Shown: positions 1 through 11,030 of the stretch, piece after piece
How the letters are laid out: each line of letters opens with the position of its first letter
Numbering within the stretch: the stretch's first letter is position 1
Assembly (NCBI GenBank): GCA_030141605.1
Contig: JAQGDQ010000086.1
Coordinates: 57,418-121,417 of the forward strand
Direction: 5' to 3'
DNA length: 64,000 nt
From: Tubiluchus corallicola
Lineage: Eukaryota > Animalia > Priapulida
The notes under the pieces: model-generated
What the model saw: only the letters and a program-made list of their open reading frames with translations
Database searches by the model: none
What the model was told of the DNA's origin: nothing
Made by a program: the position numbers and the translations under genes

Positions 1-250
1 ACACACCACACTGCACCACACCATACCACTGCACCACACTGCACCACCCACACTCCACACCACACCACCCACACCATAATACTCCACCGCATCACACAGC
101 ACTGCACCACAACACCTACCCACACACCACACCACCCACTCCATACCACACTACCGACACCACACCCCACACAGCCTATCACCCCACCACACCATCCATA
201 GCACAACACACAAAGCACACGACCACCACACCACATCAAATCCACCACCT
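1..250. repeat. Degenerate C/A-rich simple repeat, (ACACC/CACAC)n-like
   Basis: Almost only C and A, recurring cacaccac/acaccac units; truncated by window start. Confidence 0.85.
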
Positions 251-654
251 CACGTGGTGATCATGATGTTGATGATGATGATGGCAACGATGGTGACACC
301 TATAGCACAAGCACTAACAGCACAGCATTACAACAAAACCATTCCAAACATTTTTCACAAAGTTGAAACTATGTGCTATAAATATAATAAATAGCAAAGG
401 CCCCGCAAAAGATTTTGCGTATAAATACACGTATAATCAATAACACGCGAACATCCTACACAGTCCTCATTTATAACGCAAAGCCCGTAACATCCTGCCT
501 ACCGTTTGTTTACTTACCTAACGCAAACCCGTAGCAGGCAGCTTTTTGCTGAATTAAAGTTATAAGCAGAGTAGAGTACAATGGATGACGTCACAACAAT
601 GCCTTTGCGTCAGCAATTTTCTAAGTGAAAATTGCCGAAAATAGAACTCCTAAT

Positions 655-1208
655 TAACTCGTCGGTACTTCTCTCGGTGGACCTGCCCTAACATATAGCC
701 CACATCATCGTGTAGCCCTGTCCTTCCTCTTTGTAAAGAGCCCCATATCTCCTTCCAAGAGTCCCACCAGGCGCCGCCAGAACGTTTTTACCGCAGGCTG
801 TTTGGTCAAAATTACGAAAAAATCGCGAGTTGGGTCCGGGAAAACGCCCGTTGCGGGGCGCCCTGGCCCTCTCGCGAATTCTAAATAGGCCTATGACACC
901 CACCGCTAAACGGGCTATCTATCCATAGCCAGCACCCCCCTCGGCCCGTTCCCGTTCTCTACATCTCAGGCGTATAACTTTTGCAAAAAACGACCGAAAA
1001 ATGGCCATTTTTGGAGGTTTTTCGCCCCCCGTTCCTCCCGGTGGGCCCCATTCGAAAAATAAACCCCCAATGAGACGACACTAGATCGAGACCTTTCGTT
1101 TGATATATAGATCGCCGCAAATGGTGCCCTCGTGCGGGCTGTAGCCTCGAATCTTATATATATATATATATATTAAGATACCAAGAATATTAATATAAGA
1201 GTATAGAT
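655..1208 (+). mobile_element. Non-autonomous Helitron/Helentron-type (HINE/DINE-1-like) element, boundaries approximate
   Basis: GC/CpG-rich island in AT-rich DNA; 3' part ctttcgtttgatata...ctgtag, then (TA)n at ~1155-1172 and terminal aatataagagtatagat, the layout typical of these elements. No ORF with recognisable homology. Confidence 0.45.
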
Positions 1209-1214
1209 TAACAG

Positions 1215-1259
1215 CTTTGAGGAACATTCTAAATTACTTTGAGGAACATTCTTAAATTA
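1215..1259. repeat. Tandem duplication of a 22/23-bp unit
   Basis: ctttgaggaacattctaaatta followed by ctttgaggaacattcttaaatta. Confidence 0.9.
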
Positions 1260-1620
1260 GGTTGCCTAGGCTCCGCGTAAAAGAACGTTTGACGCTGGCC
1301 TTTCAGTAATGTGCAGAGCTTCTAACCGAAGCTGTGGGCATAAAGAATTCTTAATCATGAATATTTCATAAACTGCTTCTCATGCTAAGATATAGGGTGA
1401 CTTGATTTCTACCTAGTGCTTACAAGAAAGAGGAACTGTACATGATAGCCACAATTGCAAAAGTGTCTCGGTAATTCGATTAACTGACAGGTGTAATCTG
1501 GAAAAGCCGTCTGTTTCGAAACTGGGAGGAGACTTGTACTTCATTTATACAGTTTAGCAGTAAAGAAAGTGTTTAGGAACCACTTTTGCCGCGTGAAAAT
1601 TTCTTGTCCTTGCCACAGCC

Positions 1621-2025
1621 ATGAGTAAAACAGCAGGTGAAACTCCCCCTGCTCATCTCAAGCTTACACCATGCGGAGTTTGCAACCGAACATTCGCATC
1701 TGAAGCCCTGACAAAACACGAGCCGATTTGCAAGAAAAATGCAGCAAAGGACAGAGGAGTATTCGATTCTGGAAAACAGCGTGCAGCGGGCACTGACATA
1801 CCGGAGGAGAAGACACTGCGTCCAGGAGAAAAACCTGCACCACATGACAGTAAAACATCGTCCAACTGGAGAGCCGAACACGAGGACTTTATCGCGACAG
1901 TAAGAGCAGCAAAAGAACAACCTCCAGAAAAGTCCACAGCAGAAGCTAAGCCAGGACCAGCACCGGCAATGAGCATTGGACAACCAGCTTCGAAGAAGGC
2001 AGGAGGTAAACCTGCTAAGAAATAA
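1621..2025 (+). CDS. ZC2HC1: Zinc finger C2HC domain-containing protein 1-like (ZC2HC1A/FAM164 family), short form with one finger, 134 aa
   Basis: CGVCNRTF...KHEPIC C2HC finger followed by FDSGKQRAAGTDI and SNWRAEHEDFIATVRAAK, matching family blocks FDSxxQRxxGT and NWRxxHEEFIxTIRAAK; AATAAA at 2255-2260; a 3' splice site (ttcttgtccttgccacag, ends 1618) just before the ATG means upstream exons may exist. Confidence 0.85.
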   Translation: MSKTAGETPPAHLKLTPCGVCNRTFASEALTKHEPICKKNAAKDRGVFDSGKQRAAGTDIPEEKTLRPGEKPAPHDSKTSSNWRAEHEDFIATVRAAKEQPPEKSTAEAKPGPAPAMSIGQPASKKAGGKPAKK

Positions 2026-2730
2026 TGGAAGTTGTGGATATTGTATCACGTTTTTACAATTTACAAAAATACCTGATCGTGCTTCATTGTGTCTAGTTGG
2101 ACATCTTTTTCATACAAGTGTTTAAACACAGTTTAGCTGTCACTTTTATTTGTTTAAAAAATATTTTCTTTCTTTGTTTAATACTTTTCGTTAAACTCTT
2201 GCTAGAAATATTATGTATTATGAAATACAGGGTGTCCTATATTCTAAAATCTGTAATAAATGTACTTAATGTAGTCCTATAATCGTGGAATTTATTTTTT
2301 AACATAGTGTAGTGAAATGCTTTGGCACGCACAGAGCCTGTGGTGAAATCGATTACACATTAAGTTGGTTGTTACATAATTATTTTAGCGAAAGGCTTTA
2401 TATAAACGTGCGAAGTTGCGTAGTCGGCGACAGGAGGCTCGTACATTGATACATTCTTTGTTGTGCCACAGTAAAAATTTCATCTATTGGCGACTCCTCT
2501 TACTGGTTTACATAATACACCTCTTTTTATTAATTGTATGTAGTATATATTAATTGATCGAGTTTGTTACAGTTGATATCTATATACATCTGTATGTGCA
2601 TCTTTTATTGTTTTACGCTATTTATTATATGTTTCATATACAGATGGAGTTTCTAGACCTCAGAGACATACGAAATTTTCTGTCAGTACACTATGATGTC
2701 ACTATCATAATTATGTCATTGTCGTGAAGA

Positions 2731-4739
2731 GTTTGCAGACATATCGACACAGACATTTGGACACAGGATGCTTCGCCACAAAACTTTTGCACACATAGAT
2801 CATTTGAACACAAGGTATTTTGGACACATAGGTAATCGGGACACACATGTAATTCGAACACAGATTCCTTTGGACACGTAAGCACTTTGGACACAGACAT
2901 TTGGATACACAGGTCATTTGGATACATGGGTAATTTAGACATCTAGGTGATCTGGACACAGGTTATTTGGACACAAAAATCATTTGGAGACACAGACTAT
3001 TTGGTCACTATAGTTATATATATGTATATAATAATGTATATGTAATTATATAATATATTGTAACATAAATTACCCAGTGAAATAAAACAAATAGAATCTC
3101 TCCACCACTTTAAAAAGAAATTAAAACAATATCAATATAACAGGTTTCAACTTCCACATTGTGCATCTGATACTAATTACACGGACTCCACTTTCATATA
3201 CCCCCGCCCCTGACTCCATATAATGATTAAAAATGAAATTTTTTAAAAAAAATTATGTAATGTAATACGTGTTATGTTAGTTTCGTGTTTCGTAATGTTA
3301 AATGTATAAATAGTGTGCACTATGTAATGTAAAATTTAATGTACTTTCCTATAATTGTTTGTGAAAATATTTTAATATGGTATTTGTAAATATGTTCATT
3401 ATATTGTATATAGTTTTTAGTTTAGCACTTTAGTTTTTTAGTATGCACTGGACGCATTTGTCTTGAACAGTGTTGTTATTTTAACATTACGCTGAGGCTA
3501 ACTCAATTTTATTATAATGAGGGAACCGTTTTTATGACAAATAAAGAATTAATATATATATATATATATATAAGCTGCAAAAGAGTGCAAGAGTTACGAC
3601 AAGTGCTTCACGACTTTGATCCTTTCATACAGTCACACTGATATATTAGGAGTGAAAGCATTTATTTCAGAGGTATGGAAATGAGCTATTTATTGTATCA
3701 TTATGATCAATTAGTGATCGCCGGTTGATCAGTTCTCAAAAGATAAACCAAGTACGTTGTTTTCAAAGAAGCTATACTTGTAGAAATATGCTGCGACACT
3801 AACTAAGGTGAGAATGTTGAAATTTATTCACACTTGCAGCCACTGTGTGGTTAATCAACCAAAATTCTTCATCGCATGCTAAACTGCACGAACCAAAAAG
3901 TGTTTTTATTGCCCATATTAACAACTTGTATAGAAAAATCTTCTAGGACAAACGACTCTTCTAATGTTCATCGTTTTATTTTAATTGCTGCTCAAAACAT
4001 CTTAGTGACTTGTCAGTAATGCATCACTTTTAGAGTGCGGTTTCTCAGTTTAATTAGAGTGAAAAAGTTGCAGCAAGGAATCGCGCCGTACCGCACCAGT
4101 CGCATCTATCGCAGTTACCACAATCGCCGCAGCTACCGTCACCGCATGCGGATATCCGCATACTGTTAAAACGCCCTAATATTTTATAATTTTTGACCTG
4201 CAGTTTGCTGTTACTGTGCGAGAGTTAGGTTCGAGGTAACTAGAAAAATAATCTTATTCAAAGCAGATAATATTATAATTCGTTTGATTCACGTTTTTTG
4301 AGACATCAGAAACTCTTGTATTTTGCAAAAAAGCATTTGATTTCAGCCGTCCAGCCCCATCTCTATGACTTTGTTTTAATGCATAAATAAGTTGTGTCCG
4401 AAAATGCCCAGTATCCGAAAGTTCTATTTGTTCAAATAACCTATGCATCCAAAATACCTAGTGTCCAAATGTCCTACGTATCCAATTTACCTTGTGTGCA
4501 AATGGCCCATGTGTCCAAAATGCTTGTGTCCAAACTTACCTTGTGTCCAATTGTCCTATCTGTCCAAAACACCTAGTATCTGAATGACCCATGTGTCTAA
4601 ATTGCCTTATACCCAAGTAACTTAGGTGTCCATACTGCTTATGTCCAAATAGCTCATGTGCCCAAAATATTCCGTGTTCAAAATGTTTGCGTCGAAATAG
4701 CCAGTGTGTAAAAATCCCTGTGTACAAAACCCTTGTAAC
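2731..4739. mobile_element. Foldback-like element: inverted arrays of ~16-18 bp degenerate repeats around a ~1.4 kb spacer
   Basis: Left arm ~2731-3008 repeats (ca)tttggacaca; right arm ~4394-4739 repeats the reverse complement tgtgtccaaa; no TSD identified. Confidence 0.65.
4080..4179. mobile_element. Possible PIF/Harbinger-type MITE end fragment
   Basis: accgca-type subrepeats, 16-bp perfect palindrome atgcggatatccgcat (4146-4161) and terminus aaaacgccc followed by taa; matching left end not found. Confidence 0.3.
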
Positions 4740-5460
4740 ATTACCTATCAAAATGTGCAGTTGAACAAGAAGATTAAATTTTTTAGCTTTTTTCTAAAAT
4801 TTTTTTTGAAAATTTGTTCAGTTTCAATTGTAAGTCCATCAGTACCTTTATTTCCAGAAACAGCTTCCGTTTATTTTCAGTGTCCATAACTGGACTAGAT
4901 ATAGGCCAAGACCAGGTGGGAACAGTAGAGCCTACTATATGACTACTGTATATGTAAATACATAATTATAAATAAACATACCTTGTCTAATGCCAGTAAA
5001 GACAGACAGATGATTTTCAGATCACACGACCTTTGCAAGTGTAATAAAGAAACTTACGACCTAACATTGACAACGGGTAAAGATGCCATAGAATAACCTG
5101 CAGTCCATTAACCCGTAATTTGCATTTTACCGATTTGCATATGGAGTATAGCTACTTGACTTTTTGTTTAACATCATTCTTAATTTACTGTGGTTTTTAT
5201 ACACTTGTTGCTTATCAAATGTTGGCAGTCATAGTAAGATCGTTATAACTGGTTGTCATCTTTTACACTAACAATTGCAATTTTACATTTTTGCTAGGCT
5301 TGTTGGCTGCTGGCTATGCAAAACAATTCATTTGTAGGAACTGCAACAGGCAGGGACATGTAAGTCTTACCAAGTCAAAATGCCAATAATTAATAAAATT
5401 AAATTAACGAAAACTATAATACAGTACATGAAAACGTAAAGAAAGCTGGTTGTACAGTAA

Positions 5461-5466
5461 TTTATT
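5461..5466 (-). terminator. Probable polyadenylation signal of the XK-related gene
   Basis: tttatt on + (AATAAA on -) ~700 nt past the stop, ending an AU-rich 3'UTR-like stretch with several TGTA motifs. Confidence 0.5.
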
Positions 5467-6170
5467 AAATTCATTTTAAATAAAAATTTACTGTACATAT
5501 ATTACACAACAAACCACTCAAATTACACATACTTCACAACAAAAAATTCTAGGCAATAGGTCCCACAGGCTTGTTCAAGTTGAAGGCTTTTTGAGTCACT
5601 AGAGCGAGCTGTAAGTTAAGTTTCCATTTTGTTGTACAGAATTTCAGTTGTTTACCTGCCTGCATATATATACATTACACAATAATTAAAGAGAAATCTC
5701 CACTTACATTTATACAAATGATTTACAATTTATACATAACTGCAATATGTACAGTACACAAACAAAAATACTGTTGCCACTACCATAAAGAATGACCAAT
5801 CCACTGTGTCTAACAATATAATTTAATACATCTGGGTTTTGGATAATGATCACAAAATTTTAACAGTAAATTTTTGTTGAACATGACTATAAGTTGGCGA
5901 GCTTGAGTAAATTGCAGAGGTGCCTAATTAAATTCTGCCACACATATTTGACATAATCATAATGAAAACTAAGTGATTCGTCTAAGTGATTTACATAGAC
6001 GGATTAACACAGTTAAATCGGGATTAATTCAAAGTAATACGAACCAATTGCTTGAATTATAAATCTGTTATATGGCAAATTACCCTATAATACATAATGG
6101 TAGGCAGTTTTAGGTGGCAACAATGTCCCGAGATTTAAAAAGTAGGCCTGACAGATTGACATAGCAAGTG

Positions 6171-8495
6171 CTACAACTGGGTTTCCCCTAAATCCCTTAA
6201 GTCTAAATTTCTAATATTCAATCGCTGAGTTGTTAACTTTGGCTGTGAAATGTTCTCCCGATCCATTTCAGCATCGGAATCTGCACCGGATTCTCCACCC
6301 ATAAATGTGTCTGGCCGCAAAGGTATACGCATTCGAGTAGACATTATTTGGTTCGTGATATCTTTGGGAACAGTTTTTGAACGGGGTACATTTCCGCCAG
6401 ACACTGTCCGCTTCCGTGATATGTCATTGTTGCCATCGTAACTGAACCGTTTCTGATTGAAACGATTTCGGTGTGGATGAGATGTTATCTGCTCTGAATG
6501 TACACTGCCATAAATATTATTCTGATGTTCACCACTTAACTGCCTTTCATAAGCTTGCAATACTTCGGGAGTAAGAATGATTTCATTTGTACCAGGTTTA
6601 CAGGGAGGAAACTTATTTGGCCTAGAAAGGTCATCTGACCATGGTCGCCTTTTCATGGCGTTTATATACATACTTTCTATGCTATTATTCATATCTGATG
6701 GTGATTTAGCCCGATACATATTATAATAGTTCTTTTCATTTGCGTACAAATTTGGCACACCATTTGGAAAATTACCCTGGAAACTGTTGTTGAGGAAACC
6801 ACTGCGCTGAAATGCACCATTTTGGTGGCTCAAGTGACCTGGATATCCACCTGTGTAGTTTCCGTGAAAACTATTGCCATGGATAGGAAAACAGCTGCTA
6901 CTATGCGTGTGCATGGTATAGTTACTGTGATCACTATAATGCGACATGCGTTTCTGCTGGACACTAACACCACCATCACTCACCAGTGATGACCTTTTGT
7001 TCGGATCATTTATATGTTCCATTTCTCGTTTTGGATGTTCTCTTAGTTTTACAGACCCGTTCCCAATAATCCCATTTGAAATGGGCGTATCACAGATTCC
7101 CTTTTCAGGCGATATTGTCTGTGTAACACTAGTAAACTCGTGCTTCTTTTCTGGCATCCAGAAAGGCCTTTCCATGCGACCAAGGCCTTGTGGAACTGGA
7201 GGAGGCACGAACGAGCTTGGTTTCTTTTTCTTGCGTTTGATTCTTGGATTAAACCGACAATTGAAAATGCCTTGTATATTGCTGTTGTATGAATGATGTC
7301 GACGTAAAGATGGTATGTGACCATTTGTGCGATGTTGTAATTTGCTGTCTAAAGAACCATGCCTGTTGCCATTTGTCATATGGCGATATTGAGCAGTAGT
7401 TGATTTTTGTAGGCCATTAGTATGTTTGTTGCAAGAACCAAGTTTGCACCCAGCACATTCAGAACGGTGAGAACCCACACTTAATGCACTACCATATTTC
7501 ACTCGCAATTTGCTAACATGGAAATACTTATAGTACATGATCATAAATATGATCCCTGCTACAAAACAACCCCAAACTATGCACAGAACTGGTACATGGA
7601 ACCACTCCCAAGTAGTTTTCATTCTGACCCAGACTGCCATCAACAAACTGTTTTCAACGAGCATTATGCTATAGAATGCAACCATCCGATGTCTAGACTG
7701 GCCTTCTTGAAGATTTAGAAAACAGAACACATAAATTACAGCAACTCCCATCGAAACAACATATCTACGTGGAGTTCGTGTTGCGTCACTGAAAAAGATG
7801 ATGTTTTGCGAAAGTAACCACAGTAACATACTGATCCAATGAAGGCCAATGACCAGAAACAACCAGTAAGAGTACAGAGTTGCATATACAGTAAGGGCCG
7901 TCACACGTGCCGTGACTGTTCCTAATCTCCACAAGAACTGAGAGATGACGCCCATCCATGTCATTACAATGGCATCTGCATTCTTTCTTCGCATATTTTT
8001 ATTATATGAAGCCAGTGCCCAACACACACAAAATAAGGACAAGCTTGTAGAAACAATGTTAAGATCTGTAACAGGATGTGTCCAGATGTAATACAATTGA
8101 ATCATTAACATTGGACCTGCTTCACAAAACCCATGTAGAAGTCTTAACGTGCAAAGATCACGAATTTCAGATTTCGCATGGGTCATATCCACGGGGATGA
8201 ATAGCTTGCAGTATCGCCAGAGAACGCCACTGCAGAAACCGTGAATGACCGAGATGAAGGTCAAATCGCACTTGTCTTTTGTGTTTGCATCACGGAAGTA
8301 CCATACTAATGACATTGTCTGTGTGAGTATGACTGATGAGCAGATGAATCCCATGCTCATTCCAAACCATAGCAGCTCTCCACTTTCATAAAATGAATAA
8401 ACGCTGACCAGATCAAAAACTACATCACAAAAATAAGAAGCCATTGAAACAATATTGAACAGCACGTCACATAATGGTAAATATTCATGTGCCAT
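6171..8495 (-). CDS. XKR: XK-related protein (XKR phospholipid scramblase family), 774 aa, single coding exon
   Basis: N-terminal ~325 aa multi-TM domain with XK motifs (YFCDVVFD, LRLLHGFCEAGPMLMIQLY, SLFCVCWALASY, RVTAL, FYSIMLVENSLL, MIMYYKYFH); long polar tail ending ETQL; strong Kozak gcagcaaccATGG with an in-frame TAA 15 nt upstream. Confidence 0.95.
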   Translation of the reverse strand: MAHEYLPLCDVLFNIVSMASYFCDVVFDLVSVYSFYESGELLWFGMSMGFICSSVILTQTMSLVWYFRDANTKDKCDLTFISVIHGFCSGVLWRYCKLFIPVDMTHAKSEIRDLCTLRLLHGFCEAGPMLMIQLYYIWTHPVTDLNIVSTSLSLFCVCWALASYNKNMRRKNADAIVMTWMGVISQFLWRLGTVTARVTALTVYATLYSYWLFLVIGLHWISMLLWLLSQNIIFFSDATRTPRRYVVSMGVAVIYVFCFLNLQEGQSRHRMVAFYSIMLVENSLLMAVWVRMKTTWEWFHVPVLCIVWGCFVAGIIFMIMYYKYFHVSKLRVKYGSALSVGSHRSECAGCKLGSCNKHTNGLQKSTTAQYRHMTNGNRHGSLDSKLQHRTNGHIPSLRRHHSYNSNIQGIFNCRFNPRIKRKKKKPSSFVPPPVPQGLGRMERPFWMPEKKHEFTSVTQTISPEKGICDTPISNGIIGNGSVKLREHPKREMEHINDPNKRSSLVSDGGVSVQQKRMSHYSDHSNYTMHTHSSSCFPIHGNSFHGNYTGGYPGHLSHQNGAFQRSGFLNNSFQGNFPNGVPNLYANEKNYYNMYRAKSPSDMNNSIESMYINAMKRRPWSDDLSRPNKFPPCKPGTNEIILTPEVLQAYERQLSGEHQNNIYGSVHSEQITSHPHRNRFNQKRFSYDGNNDISRKRTVSGGNVPRSKTVPKDITNQIMSTRMRIPLRPDTFMGGESGADSDAEMDRENISQPKLTTQRLNIRNLDLRDLGETQL

Positions 8496-8720
8496 GGTTG
8501 CTGCCTCTTATTGCCAACCACTATGCACATTAAAGGAAGAACACTGCATTAAATAAATGCGAGGATTTATTAAAGATGTTTGACATTTAGCTTTTTGTTC
8601 AAAATGTATGTTAGATGCCAAAAATGTTCAAACAATGGTACATGTTTTAAGGACGACATAGAGTGAATATCATGTTACCATTTTTGAAAGTCGCCTGTCT
8701 CAAACAGGAAGGCAACTCAC

Positions 8721-9116
8721 TTGGGATTTTCCAAAGCATTCATCATCTTATTCTCTTCACATTGCAATCATATCAGCGTATCTTATGATCGTACCGACAC
8801 CGTGCACTTCAAATAAGCGCAATTTACTAATCCACACTCAGATATTCTCTTTGAGCGCATCAATCGCACTATCTTCGGGGATTATTACACCGACAACGCC
8901 TGATGTAGTTCGCGCACGAAATGTCTGCAATATTATTTCTTTCTGGAGGATGTCATATTCTCAATGCGTCTCATACAGCTGTCTGCAATATATATGTAAA
9001 TGTCGCAGTTAATATACGCTTAGCGCAATTTGTCGGAATTAAGCGCCGAATTCACAAGAGATGATGATGTCAGTACTTTTAAGGTTCCTTGGTCGTGCTT
9101 GGCATAATCATTTAAT
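8721..9116 (-). other. Predicted non-coding 5'UTR exon of the XKR gene
   Basis: On - strand: strong acceptor tttcttttttttcag|attaa (exon starts 9116), donor cccaa|GTGAGT at 8720, and downstream acceptor ttcttcctttaatgtgcatag| (~8521) 25 nt before the ATG. Confidence 0.5.
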
Positions 9117-10985
9117 CTGAAAAAAAGAAACAAGAAACTGTAAATGTAGGCTAGCTTATAAAAGTGCCAACGGAAACGGGAAAGTGTAAAAGCAAATTTA
9201 CTCGTCCCACAATGTATGATTCGTGGAAAACAAAATAAAATACGTGAGGCAGTTTGATAGAAATAGTTTAATTATTACGTTAGAAATACACAGTAAATTG
9301 AATCACTTGAAAGGCTTAGATCTTACAATGGTTGTATGTTGATTTATAATTATGTTTAACTAATATTTCTCAAGCTTTAGGCGTCATGCTTAAACGAATA
9401 TAAAGTGTTTAACGGTACAATGCCCTGAATATGTAAGACATGCAAGTTTCAAGAAAACACTGCTTCAAGCCGACCAAACATGATAAAGTTGGCTCACTTA
9501 AGAAAGAAATTACCATAAAAAGCGAAAAAAGCCGTCTGATTTGCGACGCACAAGAACGCTTTTGTCCGCCCTGACAAGTGTAATAATTGGGATACTGACG
9601 AATATTGACTGATGTGCAAATTAGAACAAATTTTCACATCGAAATTGTCTGTTGGAATCAATGTTAGATATTCAAATCGCAGCAATTTTCACTGGCTTAC
9701 GTTTATTGAGGCTAAGAACGTATACACGCTCGCATACGGTTTTTTGTCAGTCACTATCATAACTCAACTTTATAAGTGTGCAGTTGTTAGGTCTGCTAAT
9801 ATGTAACCCGTGTAAAGACGGTGAAATGCCACAAAAACGGTGATGGAACATGCGGCTATAGAATGTGGTTTACACGACTGCGTAGTTAACCAGAACGGAT
9901 TTGATTTGGCCAATTATTTTGTTTGGTGGATTTGATTTGGTGGAAGAATATATTAAATTAAAATTACGTATACACGAGTGAGGACAATGACGCGTTACGG
10001 GTCATTCTGTTCACATGCAAAACTCTACGCCCGATTAGGCCTCCTCTCATAATTTTATTTGCATAAATCTACCCAATTAGGCCTACCCGTTATCCTGTTT
10101 GCACAAATCTACGCTGGCTAGGCCTATGATCTATTCTATAGACGTAATATAACGTGTGAATTATTTGTCTATCTGGAATGACTAAAAGTATACCAAGACG
10201 TGCTGCCTACTCAGCATACATACTGAGTACATTTAGTCCGGGCATACTGTTATCACTATGACTGTGTTTCACTGAATTTTTTAACACTCGCCTCCTTTTA
10301 TGTTTCAAGGAGTCGTTGTTCCACAAGAACTACAAAAATTACACGATCATTACATTACGTAACGGTAAAAATTTAGGTAAAGACTGTGCCTTATTTTAGT
10401 ACGTTTTTGAAAGTCCCCTGCATTTTAGCTCTATCTCGATCATCTTTGATACTCGCAATTCTTGACGTCTTTTTCAAGTGGAAACTGCAAAATCTGTTGA
10501 GTTTCACAGAAACCACCTTGCCGTCACGTGACCTGTTTTTGTTTGCACACTTACACGCAATCATAATAAGTACTTCCAGACGGGCACTCACTAAGAAATC
10601 ACCATAATCACCCGGTCCAAATTAGAAAAACTGTTGGAAGGAAAAATCAAGCAATTGCAAAAGAATGCACAAAAATGGACGCAAAATACACAGCCTGTTC
10701 GGCAATTGATTTAAACAGGCAATTTTCAGAGGAAATTACTTCTGCTACAACCAGGGAGACAAGGACGTAGAAAATCAGCAAAATGATTCGATTAGTCAGC
10801 CAATCTTGCTTCGCTAGTACATTACATGCCAGTTTCTAAACTATAACCAAACCAGCTTAATATGTAGCAAAGAAGATGAAGCAATAAAAGCAAAAAAGGA
10901 CGAAAAAGAAAGAATAATAAGCAAATAAAAATGTATTTGGGATAAACTTCATCGAATTGGGGATTGTTTAACACAGGTTCATTCA

Positions 10986-10987
<2 letters not shown>

Positions 10988-11030
<43 letters not shown>
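10988..11030. repeat. (CAT)n microsatellite
   Basis: About 14 perfect CAT units. Confidence 0.95.

Noticed and set aside
1-250. Telomere-like C/A-rich repeat at window start
   Set aside because: No TTAGG/TTAGGG-type units; irregular CACAC pentamers are ordinary low-complexity DNA.
1573-2049. 158-aa and other antisense ORFs over ZC2HC1, and antisense ORFs over XKR/PPM1G exons
   Set aside because: Shadows of real coding sequence with no recognisable motifs.
2691-4751. Cys-rich ORFs with repeated CVQ/CPK motifs, and CRISPR-like periodicity
   Set aside because: They are translations of the degenerate tandem arrays; no constant repeat with unique spacers, eukaryotic context.
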